DNA of 64,000 bases from assembly GCA_016188215.1 (NCBI GenBank), contig JACPIF010000001.1, forward strand, positions 5,923-69,922, read 5' to 3'. Positions 28,171-38,095 of this stretch are shown one piece after another. Origin of the DNA: Candidatus Woesearchaeota archaeon (GTDB lineage: Archaea > Nanobdellota > Nanobdellia > Woesearchaeales > JACPIF01). The notes under the pieces were generated by a model. It had not been told where the DNA came from. It worked only from the letters and a program-made list of their open reading frames with translations, and did not search any database. The position numbers and the translations under genes were made by a program. Each line of letters opens with the position of its first letter. The stretch's first letter is position 1.

Positions 28171-28809
28171 TTATCTCCTAACAACCTCCATCCTAACCAA
28201 AACCCACATCACCACATACCCGAATACAAAGCCGCCGACATGGGCCCAGAATGCGATGCCTGCTCCTGTGCTGTCGAATAAGGAGAAGCTGCCCAATATG
28301 AGCTGCAAGATGAACCAGAAGCCTATCATGTAAACTGCTGAAATTTGGTGGAATCCAAACCTGCCTGCTACATGGATTTTGACATGGGGAAACAGCGCCA
28401 AATATGCTCCCAGGATTCCAGAGATGGCTCCTGATGCTCCAATTGTAGGGATATCGCTGCCTATATTAGTAAGATAATGCAATAAAGTTGCGGCAATGCC
28501 TGACAATATATAGAATACAATGAAGTAGAGCCTGCCGAGCCTGTCCTCAACATTGTCTCCAAATGTCCACATATACCACATGTTGCCGAAGATATGCTCA
28601 ATGCCTCCATGGAGGAACATTGAGGTGAATACTGTCAGCAGGGCAGGATGCAGCGGAGTAAAGCCAAATGTGCTTATAACCTGCTCAAAGTCAGTCAAGC
28701 TGTAGAGAAATACAAGCACGTTGACAGCTATGAGCGTGACGGTGACAAAGGGAAACTTTTCCCTGGGATTCTCATCCTTGTAGGGGAAGAATTGCGCTTT
28801 TTTGTCCAT
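28171..28809 (-). CDS. Rhomboid family intramembrane serine protease
   Basis: GASGAISGILGAYL (GxSG) and AHVGGFVFG (catalytic His), with 6 TM helices. Confidence 0.8.
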   Translation of the reverse strand: MDKKAQFFPYKDENPREKFPFVTVTLIAVNVLVFLYSLTDFEQVISTFGFTPLHPALLTVFTSMFLHGGIEHIFGNMWYMWTFGDNVEDRLGRLYFIVFYILSGIAATLLHYLTNIGSDIPTIGASGAISGILGAYLALFPHVKIHVAGRFGFHQISAVYMIGFWFILQLILGSFSLFDSTGAGIAFWAHVGGFVFGYVVMWVLVRMEVVRR

Positions 28810-28821
28810 TTTTGTTAGTTT

Positions 28822-28952
28822 TTACTTATACTAATTTGGACGGCTTCGCCGCCATGCGCTTCGCGCACTGCAATATGTCCCCCGATTTGCTGTAAAATAC
28901 GATTCGGGGGACTCCTCGCACCCCGGAGCGAACCTTTAGGTGAGCGACTACT
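28822..28952. repeat. GC-rich modular hairpin repeat, copy B, between priSL and the rhomboid gene
   Basis: Shares tttactt, CTTCGCGCACTG, a GTCCCCCG…CGGGGGAC 8-bp stem with a TTGCTGTAAAA loop, and TCGCACCCCGGAGC with copies C and D. Confidence 0.6.
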
Positions 28953-28955
28953 TTG

Positions 28956-30278
28956 CTAGTTATTAGTATTGTCTACCTTCTCTTTCTTTACTCTTTTCTT
29001 TGTCGGTATAGCAGTCAACTTAACTTTCTTTAAGGTATACTGGGCAGGATTACGTATCTTCTGGCAGAAATTGTCAGGCTTGCACACGCCAATATCAATC
29101 ATGTATGCCTTATTGTCGCAGTTGGGAGGCGGCATCTTCTTTCGCTGCAGTTTATGATACTTCAATTGGCCGAGGATATAGTTCTCCCTTAACGGCTCTG
29201 CATTCTTCTCGTTCCACGCCCTGACAATATTTTCCATCTCTTCATAGCTGTAGCCGACAGATGAAAGGAAGTTAAGCAAAACAAATAATGCGCGCTTCTT
29301 GCCGTCACTTAACCCATCCAAAATAAGCTTGATGCAAGGCGGGAAATATTCTGCTGAGATTGCCTCTGAAGGGATCTCAAACTGCTTCTCTGTCTTCTCA
29401 GGCTGCTTTGCGCTCTGCTCAAATGAGGTGTCAAATGCATCCAGAAGCAACCTTCTGGCTTCCCCCCTTACAGCATTCCTGTCAATGAAGCTGCCTTTCA
29501 CTATAACATTCTCAGGAGCAGCCATTGATTTCTGGAACTGCAATACCCGCATAGGATCAACAGGTATGGAGACAAGCCATGATTTTTCGTTCAAAGTGTA
29601 GGGCATCCTGTACAAATGCCGGGATGAGATAAGGACAGTGTCTATGTCAAGCAAAGAAAATGGGTTAAGCTGGTTATTGATGACCAGCTCCTTGTAGCCC
29701 TTTCCCGTGAGCTTCTGTATATCTTCAAAGGAGTATGCGTTGAGAATTGCCTGCATTAATTCATCTTTTATCTTTTCCTTTAGCCTTGCAGCAATCTGCC
29801 TAGGGCCTTCAGGGAACAGGTCTTTGGTCAAATTTTTGCCAACCCTGTCAGGAAAGCTTTCAAAAGGAATGCCGATATGGAAACCGTTGCCGCCTGAGAA
29901 CTTTAAGGAGACACTCCTGATGCCTTCCAGCTTTAATCTTTTGCAGATAATGAAAGCGGCTATCTTGGAGAATTCAACGTGCTTGGTGTCAATGTCCAGG
30001 AGCAAATCCCAGCCTATGCGTAATGCGTCCAGCTCTTTTCTTTTTAGGTTTGGGCTTAAAGCTAATGGATTGCTCCATAATTCTTCAGAAGCATGAAAAC
30101 TGGTGGCGCCTTCCTTGGCAAGCTCAAACACATCCCTTGGATACTGCAGGATATCCGGCCTTTTTCCGAAACCAGACTCGCCGAACTTCACAGCAACTTC
30201 TCTATTGGCTGCGTTCTGGAAAATAGCTTCCTGGACCTCTTTCCTAGAGTAATACTGCAGTATGAGCCTGGCATCCAT
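28956..30278 (-). CDS. priSL: Fused DNA primase: PriS catalytic domain plus PriL C-terminal Fe-S domain
   Basis: N-terminal PriS-like core (LLDIDTKH, SFHxS). The C-terminal FPPCIKLIL…PPNCDNK…GVCKPDNFC resembles the PriL-CTD 4Fe-4S cluster ligands. Confidence 0.6.
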   Translation of the reverse strand: MDARLILQYYSRKEVQEAIFQNAANREVAVKFGESGFGKRPDILQYPRDVFELAKEGATSFHASEELWSNPLALSPNLKRKELDALRIGWDLLLDIDTKHVEFSKIAAFIICKRLKLEGIRSVSLKFSGGNGFHIGIPFESFPDRVGKNLTKDLFPEGPRQIAARLKEKIKDELMQAILNAYSFEDIQKLTGKGYKELVINNQLNPFSLLDIDTVLISSRHLYRMPYTLNEKSWLVSIPVDPMRVLQFQKSMAAPENVIVKGSFIDRNAVRGEARRLLLDAFDTSFEQSAKQPEKTEKQFEIPSEAISAEYFPPCIKLILDGLSDGKKRALFVLLNFLSSVGYSYEEMENIVRAWNEKNAEPLRENYILGQLKYHKLQRKKMPPPNCDNKAYMIDIGVCKPDNFCQKIRNPAQYTLKKVKLTAIPTKKRVKKEKVDNTNN

Positions 30279-30370
30279 ATGGCTGTGGAATTGGTTTGGG
30301 TATTAAAAGGTTCTACTCTTAACGTGCGCTAAGATTTATATAGTCTGGAACATATACTATATGATAATGA

Positions 30371-33064
30371 TTGAGAGGGCAGAGTATGAAGATTATTTTA
30401 CCTATCATAATTATTTTTGTCTTAACAGTACTTAGTGCAAGCTATGTCTTTAGTGTTTCTTCACCTTACATAAAAGGATTTGTTTATGATAATTCCCTTC
30501 CTGACGAACCAAGATACAAGTATGTTTGCTTCAATACAAATGATAAAACTTATAGCATGAATATCACTCATGATTCTATGAGTTTTCAATGCTCCATAGT
30601 TAATGTTTCTGACACCCTAATTAGAGTTTTATGTGACAGCAGACATGATGGCAATGGGGATGGTAAATGCCAGAGCGGTGAATCCTGCATTGGCTATAGT
30701 TTCTACTCTGACAGGTATAATGTTGTAGATACAGATGGCGCATTTTCTTTTGATCCACCAGCTAGCTGGACTAGTATTCTTGATGAGAATGGCTATATGC
30801 ATTATAGCTACCTAATTGACATATGGGTATTTCGCAACACTGGACTAGACGAGTTAGTTGTAACACAACAGAGTGGCAGTGTATGTCCTGCTCCTAGAAT
30901 TGTAAATTACAATATCTATAATACCACAAATGAGAGTGGTCAAAATGTTGTAACCATTGGAATTAATACAGATCTTGATGGCTCATGTAAATTGTCGAAC
31001 CAATCCGGTACAGCATTTGAGAATATGATTTCTTTTAATGTGACTGGAGCAAATAGACATAACTATAGTTTTGTTCCTGAAGAGAATCGCAATTATACTT
31101 TCTACGCCAAGTGTAATAATTCAATAGGTAATATAAATAGCGAAGAGTCAAAAATTACATTTCTATTTGAATCAAGCAAGCCAGTTTTCTCATTTAATGA
31201 ATCTAAAATAAATATCTCTACTAACCTTACTATTGGGCTTTTTGCTCCGTTTTCTGACTATGGTTTTGGGTTTGCTGTAAATACAAGCTGTGAAATCTGT
31301 ATAGCTTCTGATAGAATTTGTGACACTGAATGGACGACTCAAGATGTAATAACAAATTACTCAAATGATTATTTAAGCGGTAATTGCTCTTATTCCTGGA
31401 ACAATTCAAATAACACAGATGCGCATTATAATGTAAGTTTCAGAATAAATGATATTTTAGGAAATAAAGGCATTGCTTCTAAACAAATTACTCTGGACAG
31501 GTATCCTCCTGAATTTAGGTTATACGACCCTTGGGACAATAAAGTGTTCACAGTAAATAATTCACAGATTGGCACAAATTTAACTACAGACGTGACTTTC
31601 TACTATGATGTACATGATTTAACTTCTATAGCAAATTGCTCATTAAAAATTAATGGGAAGGTAAATGCAACAAATACAACTGCTGGAGGAGGCTTCCACA
31701 AGTTTAGAGTAGATTTTCCAACAAATTTTGAAGGAGCAAAGAGTTTTAACTGGAGCATAAATTGTGCCGATGTTTTCGGATCTGAACTTATAGGTCAAAC
31801 AAGGAAATTTACTTTTATAGTGCTAGGAAATTTCTCAGGGGAAACTACTGATTTGAGTGCCGTGAATTTGTCTTATATACCTAATTTAACCTTTGAAGAA
31901 TCAAACTTAGGAAAGATCAAATTTATGGATATCATTAATTTAAGTAATGCATCTTTAAATCTCAATGATTATATAAAAATTTCCACATATAGAATAGAAA
32001 TAAACAGTGATGCCCTGCCTGCCCTCAACAAACCAGCTACATTATATATGTATAATGTTACCTACAGCAATCCCCGTATTATACGAGATGGAGAAGTGTG
32101 CCCCTCTGCTATCTGCGCCATTGTAAATGTCTCAAATGGGACTGTCATCTTTAATGTCACCCAATTTAGCACATATACCCTAGAAGAGACACCAGCTTCT
32201 TCTGATCCTTCTGACCCATCCACTCCAAGCGATGAAGGCGATTCAGGAGGCGGAAGTGGAGGAGATTCTAGCAGTGGAGGGTCTTCTGGTGGCTCAGGAG
32301 GAGGTTCCTCTGGCAGTGGTGGCGGCGGGGGAGGCGGTGGTGGAGGGGGCGGGAGCTCAAGCGGAAGCACTTCACCAGGAATGAAGGCCGAGCGGTTTTA
32401 TGACATTGTAAAACCAGATACGCCTATTGTTTTTACTGTTAGAAATGATGAACTTGCTGTGACTAAAATCACTATTAATCCAGCAATTCAGAGAGAAAAT
32501 GTAAATATTATGGTAGAGAAGATAGTGAATGAAACGAAAGTAACTCTACAGCTTCCAAACACGCTACAATACCTTAATTTAAGTGTTACAAATCTTGAAG
32601 ATACTTCTATTCAGGCCGCTTCATTTGAGTTTAAAATAGGCAAAACTTGGTTAGTTGATAGAAATTTTGAAAGTACAGACGTTGCGATGAAAAGATTCAA
32701 AGATGGGGTATGGGGCAATCTACCGACTTCTATAGTTAATGAATCCCAATATGATTACTCTTACATAGCATCCACTCCAGGATTCTCAATTTTCGCTATA
32801 ACTGCTGAAAAGCAAAAAGAGAAGGTAAGTCAAGAACCAACTCAAATTATGAAAGAAGAAAATATAGCCTTTCAATCCGTTGAACCAGTTGCCGAGGATG
32901 TCAATAATACGAATGTCAAAGACGAAAACCTTATTACTGGTTCAGCTGTAACAATTCCTGCAGAACAAGCCCATTTAAGATATACTTGGTTATTAATCCC
33001 TGCTATAGCAGTTTCACTAGGTTTACTTTATCTTTATAGGAAATATACAAAAAAGAAAAAATAA
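30371..33064 (+). CDS. Large secreted surface (S-layer-like) glycoprotein with a poly-Gly/Ser linker and C-terminal TM anchor
   Basis: Signal peptide MKIILPIIIIFVLTVLSASYVFS. More than 50 N-x-S/T sequons. A G/S run of about 60 aa at 32230-32390. C-terminal TM LLIPAIAVSLGLLYLY plus RKYTKKKK. Confidence 0.6.
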   Translation: MRGQSMKIILPIIIIFVLTVLSASYVFSVSSPYIKGFVYDNSLPDEPRYKYVCFNTNDKTYSMNITHDSMSFQCSIVNVSDTLIRVLCDSRHDGNGDGKCQSGESCIGYSFYSDRYNVVDTDGAFSFDPPASWTSILDENGYMHYSYLIDIWVFRNTGLDELVVTQQSGSVCPAPRIVNYNIYNTTNESGQNVVTIGINTDLDGSCKLSNQSGTAFENMISFNVTGANRHNYSFVPEENRNYTFYAKCNNSIGNINSEESKITFLFESSKPVFSFNESKINISTNLTIGLFAPFSDYGFGFAVNTSCEICIASDRICDTEWTTQDVITNYSNDYLSGNCSYSWNNSNNTDAHYNVSFRINDILGNKGIASKQITLDRYPPEFRLYDPWDNKVFTVNNSQIGTNLTTDVTFYYDVHDLTSIANCSLKINGKVNATNTTAGGGFHKFRVDFPTNFEGAKSFNWSINCADVFGSELIGQTRKFTFIVLGNFSGETTDLSAVNLSYIPNLTFEESNLGKIKFMDIINLSNASLNLNDYIKISTYRIEINSDALPALNKPATLYMYNVTYSNPRIIRDGEVCPSAICAIVNVSNGTVIFNVTQFSTYTLEETPASSDPSDPSTPSDEGDSGGGSGGDSSSGGSSGGSGGGSSGSGGGGGGGGGGGGSSSGSTSPGMKAERFYDIVKPDTPIVFTVRNDELAVTKITINPAIQRENVNIMVEKIVNETKVTLQLPNTLQYLNLSVTNLEDTSIQAASFEFKIGKTWLVDRNFESTDVAMKRFKDGVWGNLPTSIVNESQYDYSYIASTPGFSIFAITAEKQKEKVSQEPTQIMKEENIAFQSVEPVAEDVNNTNVKDENLITGSAVTIPAEQAHLRYTWLLIPAIAVSLGLLYLYRKYTKKKK

Positions 33065-33217
33065 ATCCGAACCAGACAAAGAGGTGTTGTGGTGTGTTGG
33101 TTGAGATTTTCCAGTCCGGATTATAAGCTATGGTGTTTGTATAAGATATTTGTAGCAAGCTTTTTAAAATAGCTTATGTAACCTATATCCAGACTTGGAA
33201 TCCATACATATGTAAAA

Positions 33218-33886
33218 ATGGCAATAACACTACAGAACCCGCCGTTATTCTATACTATAGACACTGCACTGCAGCTCGTATCCATGCTTATAGCGCTTTT
33301 AATCGTTGGATTCGGCTATAAAGCCTATAGGTTCACCAAGGATAAGCGATACTATTACTACTCAGTCGCCTTTGCCCTCATCGCAGCTGCGTTCTTTGTC
33401 AAGGCACTTTCCAATGTCATCATCTACTATATCGTGCCTTCCCCCGCAGCCAATTTCCTGCCGGTATTCAACTGGGGCATCTTTGCATACAGAATCCTCA
33501 TGATGCTTGCCTTCACAGGCATTATGCTCATGACCTTAAAGATAACTGACAGGAGGGTTGTATTATTGCTTTTGGTGTTTGCACTGTTCTCAGCGATCGC
33601 CTCAGAAGACCATAATACAGCTTTTTACATACTTTATATCATCATCCTGGGAGCAACATCTACGCAGCTCTACCTCAACTACAAGCTCAAGAAATCAAGG
33701 CTTGGGCTGGCAACCTTTGGCATCTTTGCCATGCTTACCGTGGCGCAGGCACTGTTCCTTGCGCTGATCCTGGACTTTTACTTTAAGATAGGCCTGGGAG
33801 CATTGCTGTACTACGCAGGGCAGGCATTCCAGATAACCAGCTTCCTGCTCCTGTTTTATGTCATGATACGCATCTCCAGACGATAA
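33218..33886 (+). CDS. Hypothetical 6-TM membrane protein
   Basis: Hydrophobic periodicity only. Confidence 0.4.
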   Translation: MAITLQNPPLFYTIDTALQLVSMLIALLIVGFGYKAYRFTKDKRYYYYSVAFALIAAAFFVKALSNVIIYYIVPSPAANFLPVFNWGIFAYRILMMLAFTGIMLMTLKITDRRVVLLLLVFALFSAIASEDHNTAFYILYIIILGATSTQLYLNYKLKKSRLGLATFGIFAMLTVAQALFLALILDFYFKIGLGALLYYAGQAFQITSFLLLFYVMIRISRR

Positions 33887-33889
33887 AAG

Positions 33890-34162
33890 ATGGCTGAACG
33901 AAGAGATAGGATAACCATCATCTATGACATCCTCTCAGCTATTGCTGCGAAGAGCGGCAGGATCAAGCCAACACATTTACTGTATAAGTCTAATCTTTCC
34001 CATATCAGCATGAAGAAGTACATTGAGGAGCTTAAGGGGAAGAAGCTGATAGATGAAGAGCATGTAAAGGAGCATCTGTTCTATAAATTGACTGATGAAG
34101 GCATAAAGTTCCTGAATGATTACAAGAAGATAAGAGAGTTTACCGAGAGCTTTGGATTGTGA
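33890..34162 (+). CDS. Small winged-helix DNA-binding protein
   Basis: 90 aa with a wHTH-like sequence (ITIIYDILSAIAAKSGRIKPTHLLYKSNLSHISMKKYIEELKGKKLI). Confidence 0.45.
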   Translation: MAERRDRITIIYDILSAIAAKSGRIKPTHLLYKSNLSHISMKKYIEELKGKKLIDEEHVKEHLFYKLTDEGIKFLNDYKKIREFTESFGL

Positions 34163-34219
34163 TCACCTTAATTTTCTTTTGAAGCTAAATTTAAATAGTG
34201 CCTTAATTTCAAGCAACTT

Positions 34220-34912
34220 ATGAACGAGCTTCCCGCATCAGATATTTATGAGCAAGAGTTCAAGTATATGCCTTGGGGAACACTGATAGAGAGGGTTCTA
34301 GACCTGATATCCACAACAGTTCCACGCAACGGAAGCGCCCTTGACCTCATGTGCGGGCCAGGGTACTTGCTCGGAAAAATCAGGGAAAGGAGAAGGGACA
34401 TGTTTCTTGAGGGCATAGATATAAGCAAAGAATTCATCGGGCATGCAATAGGCAGATACCCTACAATCAAATTCGGCGTTGCAGATGTAATGGGCTGGAA
34501 TTCCACAAGAGGATATGACCTGGTTACATGCACTGGAGGCATCCACCACCTCCCCTATGAGCAGCAGGCAAGGTTCTTGGAGAAGGTAAAAGGCTTGCTA
34601 AAGCCAAACGGATTAGGCATTCTTGCAGATCCATATATAGATCATTATGAAAGTGAGGAAGAAAGGAAATTGGGTGCTGCGCGGCTTGGATATGAGTATC
34701 TTGCGGCCACAATGAGAAATGGGGCACCACCGGCAATAGTAAAAGCGGCCATAGATATCTTAGATAATGATGTAAGGGGAAAAGAATTTAAAACTTCAAT
34801 CAGAAGGATGAAACCAATAATGGGCAGTGTCTTCTCAAGCCTTGAAGTGCACAAGACATGGCCTGAAACAGATTCTGATTATGGGGAATATTACTTAGTT
34901 GTTAGAAAATGA
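34220..34912 (+). CDS. Class I SAM-dependent methyltransferase
   Basis: Motif I LDLMCGPGYLL and motif II VTCTGGIHHL. Confidence 0.65.
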   Translation: MNELPASDIYEQEFKYMPWGTLIERVLDLISTTVPRNGSALDLMCGPGYLLGKIRERRRDMFLEGIDISKEFIGHAIGRYPTIKFGVADVMGWNSTRGYDLVTCTGGIHHLPYEQQARFLEKVKGLLKPNGLGILADPYIDHYESEEERKLGAARLGYEYLAATMRNGAPPAIVKAAIDILDNDVRGKEFKTSIRRMKPIMGSVFSSLEVHKTWPETDSDYGEYYLVVRK

Positions 34913-34922
34913 ATGACCAATA

Positions 34923-35324
34923 TTGGCAACATTTTTAAATATTGAAGTTCCAGTCTGCTTTCAGATGCACATCGCAAGAGAACTTGAACAGTGGCTACAA
35001 GGATTGCGTGCATCAGATGAATTCATAATCGTTGAAGGCAAGAAGGACAAGGAAGCTTTAGAGCGGCAAGGCATTACAAATATCCTGATTCTCAACAAGA
35101 AGCCGCTTTATCAATTGGTGGAAGAGCTTTCATCTGAGCGCAAGAACGTCGTGATATTGACTGATCTGGACAGGAAAGGCCGGGAGCTGTACGGGAAACT
35201 GAACAATGGGCTTAAGAAGCACGGGGTCAAGGTAAATGACAAGCCACGCAACTTTTTGTTCAAAAGGACTAAATTAAGACAGATAGAAGGGCTGACGACT
35301 TATTTGCAGACTATACTGCAGTAA
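34923..35324 (+). CDS. Small Toprim-domain protein
   Basis: IIVEGKKDKEAL … VVILTDLDRKGREL (Toprim E and DxD). Confidence 0.55.
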   Translation: MATFLNIEVPVCFQMHIARELEQWLQGLRASDEFIIVEGKKDKEALERQGITNILILNKKPLYQLVEELSSERKNVVILTDLDRKGRELYGKLNNGLKKHGVKVNDKPRNFLFKRTKLRQIEGLTTYLQTILQ

Positions 35325-35366
35325 TAATACATAAGATTTTTAAACAAAAATTTCTTTCATGCAGAA

Positions 35367-35918
35367 ATGGCAATGCAATCTCTGCAGAAACTAAAGACTG
35401 GAGACAAAGCTCCCAACTTTAACTTAAAAGGCATAGATGGAAAATATTATGGTTTGCAGGATTTTAAGGATGCTAAAGCTTTGCTAGTGGTATTTATGTG
35501 CAACCATTGCCCTTATGTAAAGGCTAAACTGGAAACTATAAAGAATCTGCAGTCTAAGTATAAGGATAAAGGACTAGTCTTAGTAGGAATTAATTCTAAT
35601 GAATCAGAGAATTATCCTGAAGACAGCTTTGAGGGAATGGTGGAAACTGCTAAAGATAAGGATTTTAATTTTATTTACCTGCATGATGAAACACAGGCAG
35701 TAGCCAATGCTTACGGTGCTTCATGCACTCCAGACCCTTTTTTGTTTGATAACCAGCAGAAGTTAGTTTATCATGGAAGGTTTGATGATGCCTTAGAGCC
35801 TGGGCAAAAGGCGACACAGCATGATATGGAAGAAGCTGTTGTGGCAGTATCGCAAGGAAAAAAGCCTAAGCATGAGTTCCTTTATTCTCTAGGATGCTCT
35901 ATTAAGTGGAAAAGCTAG
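35367..35918 (+). CDS. Thioredoxin-fold thiol-disulfide oxidoreductase (AhpC/TSA-like)
   Basis: LLVVFMCNHCPYVKA (CxxC-type active site). Confidence 0.6.
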   Translation: MAMQSLQKLKTGDKAPNFNLKGIDGKYYGLQDFKDAKALLVVFMCNHCPYVKAKLETIKNLQSKYKDKGLVLVGINSNESENYPEDSFEGMVETAKDKDFNFIYLHDETQAVANAYGASCTPDPFLFDNQQKLVYHGRFDDALEPGQKATQHDMEEAVVAVSQGKKPKHEFLYSLGCSIKWKS

Positions 35919-35963
35919 TAATAAAACATTAAACTTTTAAACACAAAATATTTACCAAGAGCT

Positions 35964-36806
35964 ATGGCAATTAAAAACCAGATTAAAACTGTTCTGCTGC
36001 TTGGAATTTTAACAGGCATCCTGCTAGTTATAGGGCAATTCCTAGGAGGCAATACCGGATTAATCATCGCGCTTGTCATTTCTTTAGCATTGAACTTCAG
36101 CATGTACTGGTTTTCTGACAGGATAGCTTTGTTCATATATAGGGCAAAGCCGGCTGATCCTAAGCAGTATAGGGAGCTGCATAATTTAGTAGCTGATACG
36201 GCAAAGCTGTCTGGGATTCCAAAGCCAAGGGTGTATATTATCCCTTCTGAACAAAGTAATGCCTTCGCATGTGGAAGAAACCCTAAAAACGCCTCAGTTG
36301 CCTTTACACAGGGCATACTTAAATTGATGACAAAAGAAGAACTGCAAGGCGTTACAGCCCATGAAATCTCCCATGTTAAGAATAGGGATGTTCTTATTTC
36401 AACCATAGCTGCTTCTATAGCAGGTATCATCTCCTATATTGCAATGATGGTGAGATGGGGTCCTTTGTTTAATAGTGATGAAGAAGGTGTCAACCCCCTA
36501 TATTACATCATAATTGGGATATTAACTCCTATTATTGCCATGCTTATCCAGCTTGCCATCTCAAGAAGTAGGGAATATTTCGCAGATGAGAGTGGAGCTA
36601 AGCTATTACGCAATAGTGAAGGATTAGCTACAGCCCTTCAGAAACTGGAAAGTGATACTAAAAAGACCCCCATGAGGCTTGGAAGTCCCAGTACGGCGCA
36701 CCTCTTTATAGCAAATCCTTTTAGAGGTCAATTTCTTATGAGCCTTTTATCCACCCATCCCAATACTCAATCCAGAGTGGAACGCTTAAGAAAGATAAAA
36801 TTCTGA
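35964..36806 (+). CDS. htpX: HtpX-like M48 zinc metalloprotease
   Basis: TAHEISHVKNRD (HExxH), 4 TM helices and a C-terminal STHPNTQSRV. Confidence 0.8.
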   Translation: MAIKNQIKTVLLLGILTGILLVIGQFLGGNTGLIIALVISLALNFSMYWFSDRIALFIYRAKPADPKQYRELHNLVADTAKLSGIPKPRVYIIPSEQSNAFACGRNPKNASVAFTQGILKLMTKEELQGVTAHEISHVKNRDVLISTIAASIAGIISYIAMMVRWGPLFNSDEEGVNPLYYIIIGILTPIIAMLIQLAISRSREYFADESGAKLLRNSEGLATALQKLESDTKKTPMRLGSPSTAHLFIANPFRGQFLMSLLSTHPNTQSRVERLRKIKF

Positions 36807-36808
36807 AC

Positions 36809-36842
36809 CACTGGTCACTGGACAGATGTGCGCGTGAGATAT
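36809..36842 (+). repeat. 34-nt motif CACTGGTCACTGGACAGRTG…CGTGAGNTAT, copy 2
   Basis: cactggtcactggacagatgtgcgcgtgagatat, starting 3 nt after the htpX stop and about 90-140 nt upstream of the LAGLIDADG-like gene. Confidence 0.55.
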
Positions 36843-36931
36843 ATAAAGGCTAACCTCTCCCATTGATTAACTCATTCAATATAAATCCCACTAGGATGTG
36901 TTCAGCTTTCAAATTATGATTTCCAATTCTC

Positions 36932-38095
36932 GTGAAATCATTTACAAAGCTTCACATAATTAAAAAGACGGTGATTTACATGAATTCGCTTAATCAAATC
37001 AAAATTAGAGAGTTCCACATTAATCAATTTCCCACTGATAGAATATTCATTTCTTTAAACGAGAGTTTTCATAGAGAACTCTTTTCCATGATAAATATTA
37101 AAAATTATGAAAATTTGAATAAATCAACTTTTAAGCAATGGAAAAATAGAAGGCATTTTATTCCACTCTGGGTTATCATTAAGCTGCAGGAAACTTCACC
37201 ATATTCTATAGAAGACTTTGAAAGAAATATTATCGCGTATAAGGGTCCTAGTACCTCTGCTGTGATCGATAACCCATGTTTGCCTTTACTGGAGGATGAA
37301 AGACTACTGCGTGCTGTGGCCCACTTATTAGGAGACGGATTTGTAGGAGGCGGCTTTGGCAGTAAGTTGCCTCAAGGGAAGCAACACTCAGAATTTAGAA
37401 ACTTTGCTCCGGAACTTTTGGACAGTTTCCATAGAGATTTATCGGTATTTGGAAATGTTCCTGTAACTAAAAATTATCAGCACGGTTCTTTAGTAATACC
37501 CAATTCTATAGGGTATATCTTATGTCATCTTTATAGGATAAAGTTTGACACATTTAATTCACGAGTGCCAGAAGTATTTTTTAATCTTCCTAAAGAGTTG
37601 GTAGCACAATTCTTACGCGCCTTTGCAGATGATGAAGCACACGTTTTTGATAGTTCTATTGAGTATTATTCATGTAATAAGGATCTATTGCAAGATGTAC
37701 TATCTTTAATGAATTCACATTTTCCAGAGATTAAGACTTCTGGAATTAAAGCCAATATTAAAGCAGGAAGAAATACAAAGTATTCATTTTCAGTTTATAG
37801 CAAATCTCAAGAATTGTACCTGAATCATATAGGATTTGACCACAATCAAAAAACAAAAGATTTAACATTTAATCTAAGTCGCAATAAAAATAGAAAATAC
37901 AACAAAAATTCTCGCGATATAATTCTGGATTTATTAGCAAATAATACTTTATCTGCAAAGGAACTCTCTAGAATTACGAATATCACTCATGTACAAGTTT
38001 TGGCTTATCTTAAAGAACTTAAGGAACAAAGAAAGGTAAAAATTATTGAAAAAGTACATTGGGCTAATCGATGGACTTCTAAATTATCTCAATAA
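36932..38095 (+). CDS. Free-standing LAGLIDADG-like protein with C-terminal wHTH (possible homing-endonuclease relic)
   Basis: Two motifs about 100 aa apart: VAHLLGDGFVGG and FLRAFADDEAHV. C-terminal HTH LSAKELSRITNITHVQVLAYLKEL. Low GC. Confidence 0.4.
   Translation: MKSFTKLHIIKKTVIYMNSLNQIKIREFHINQFPTDRIFISLNESFHRELFSMINIKNYENLNKSTFKQWKNRRHFIPLWVIIKLQETSPYSIEDFERNIIAYKGPSTSAVIDNPCLPLLEDERLLRAVAHLLGDGFVGGGFGSKLPQGKQHSEFRNFAPELLDSFHRDLSVFGNVPVTKNYQHGSLVIPNSIGYILCHLYRIKFDTFNSRVPEVFFNLPKELVAQFLRAFADDEAHVFDSSIEYYSCNKDLLQDVLSLMNSHFPEIKTSGIKANIKAGRNTKYSFSVYSKSQELYLNHIGFDHNQKTKDLTFNLSRNKNRKYNKNSRDIILDLLANNTLSAKELSRITNITHVQVLAYLKELKEQRKVKIIEKVHWANRWTSKLSQ

Noticed and set aside
32062-32370. Minus-strand poly-Pro ORF (102 aa)
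   Set aside because: It is the antisense image of the poly-Gly linker in the large surface-protein gene.
32230-32390. G-rich repetitive DNA considered as a possible CRISPR or tandem-repeat array
   Set aside because: The repeats are imperfect codon-level GGN repeats inside an intact ORF. No spacer-repeat periodicity is present.
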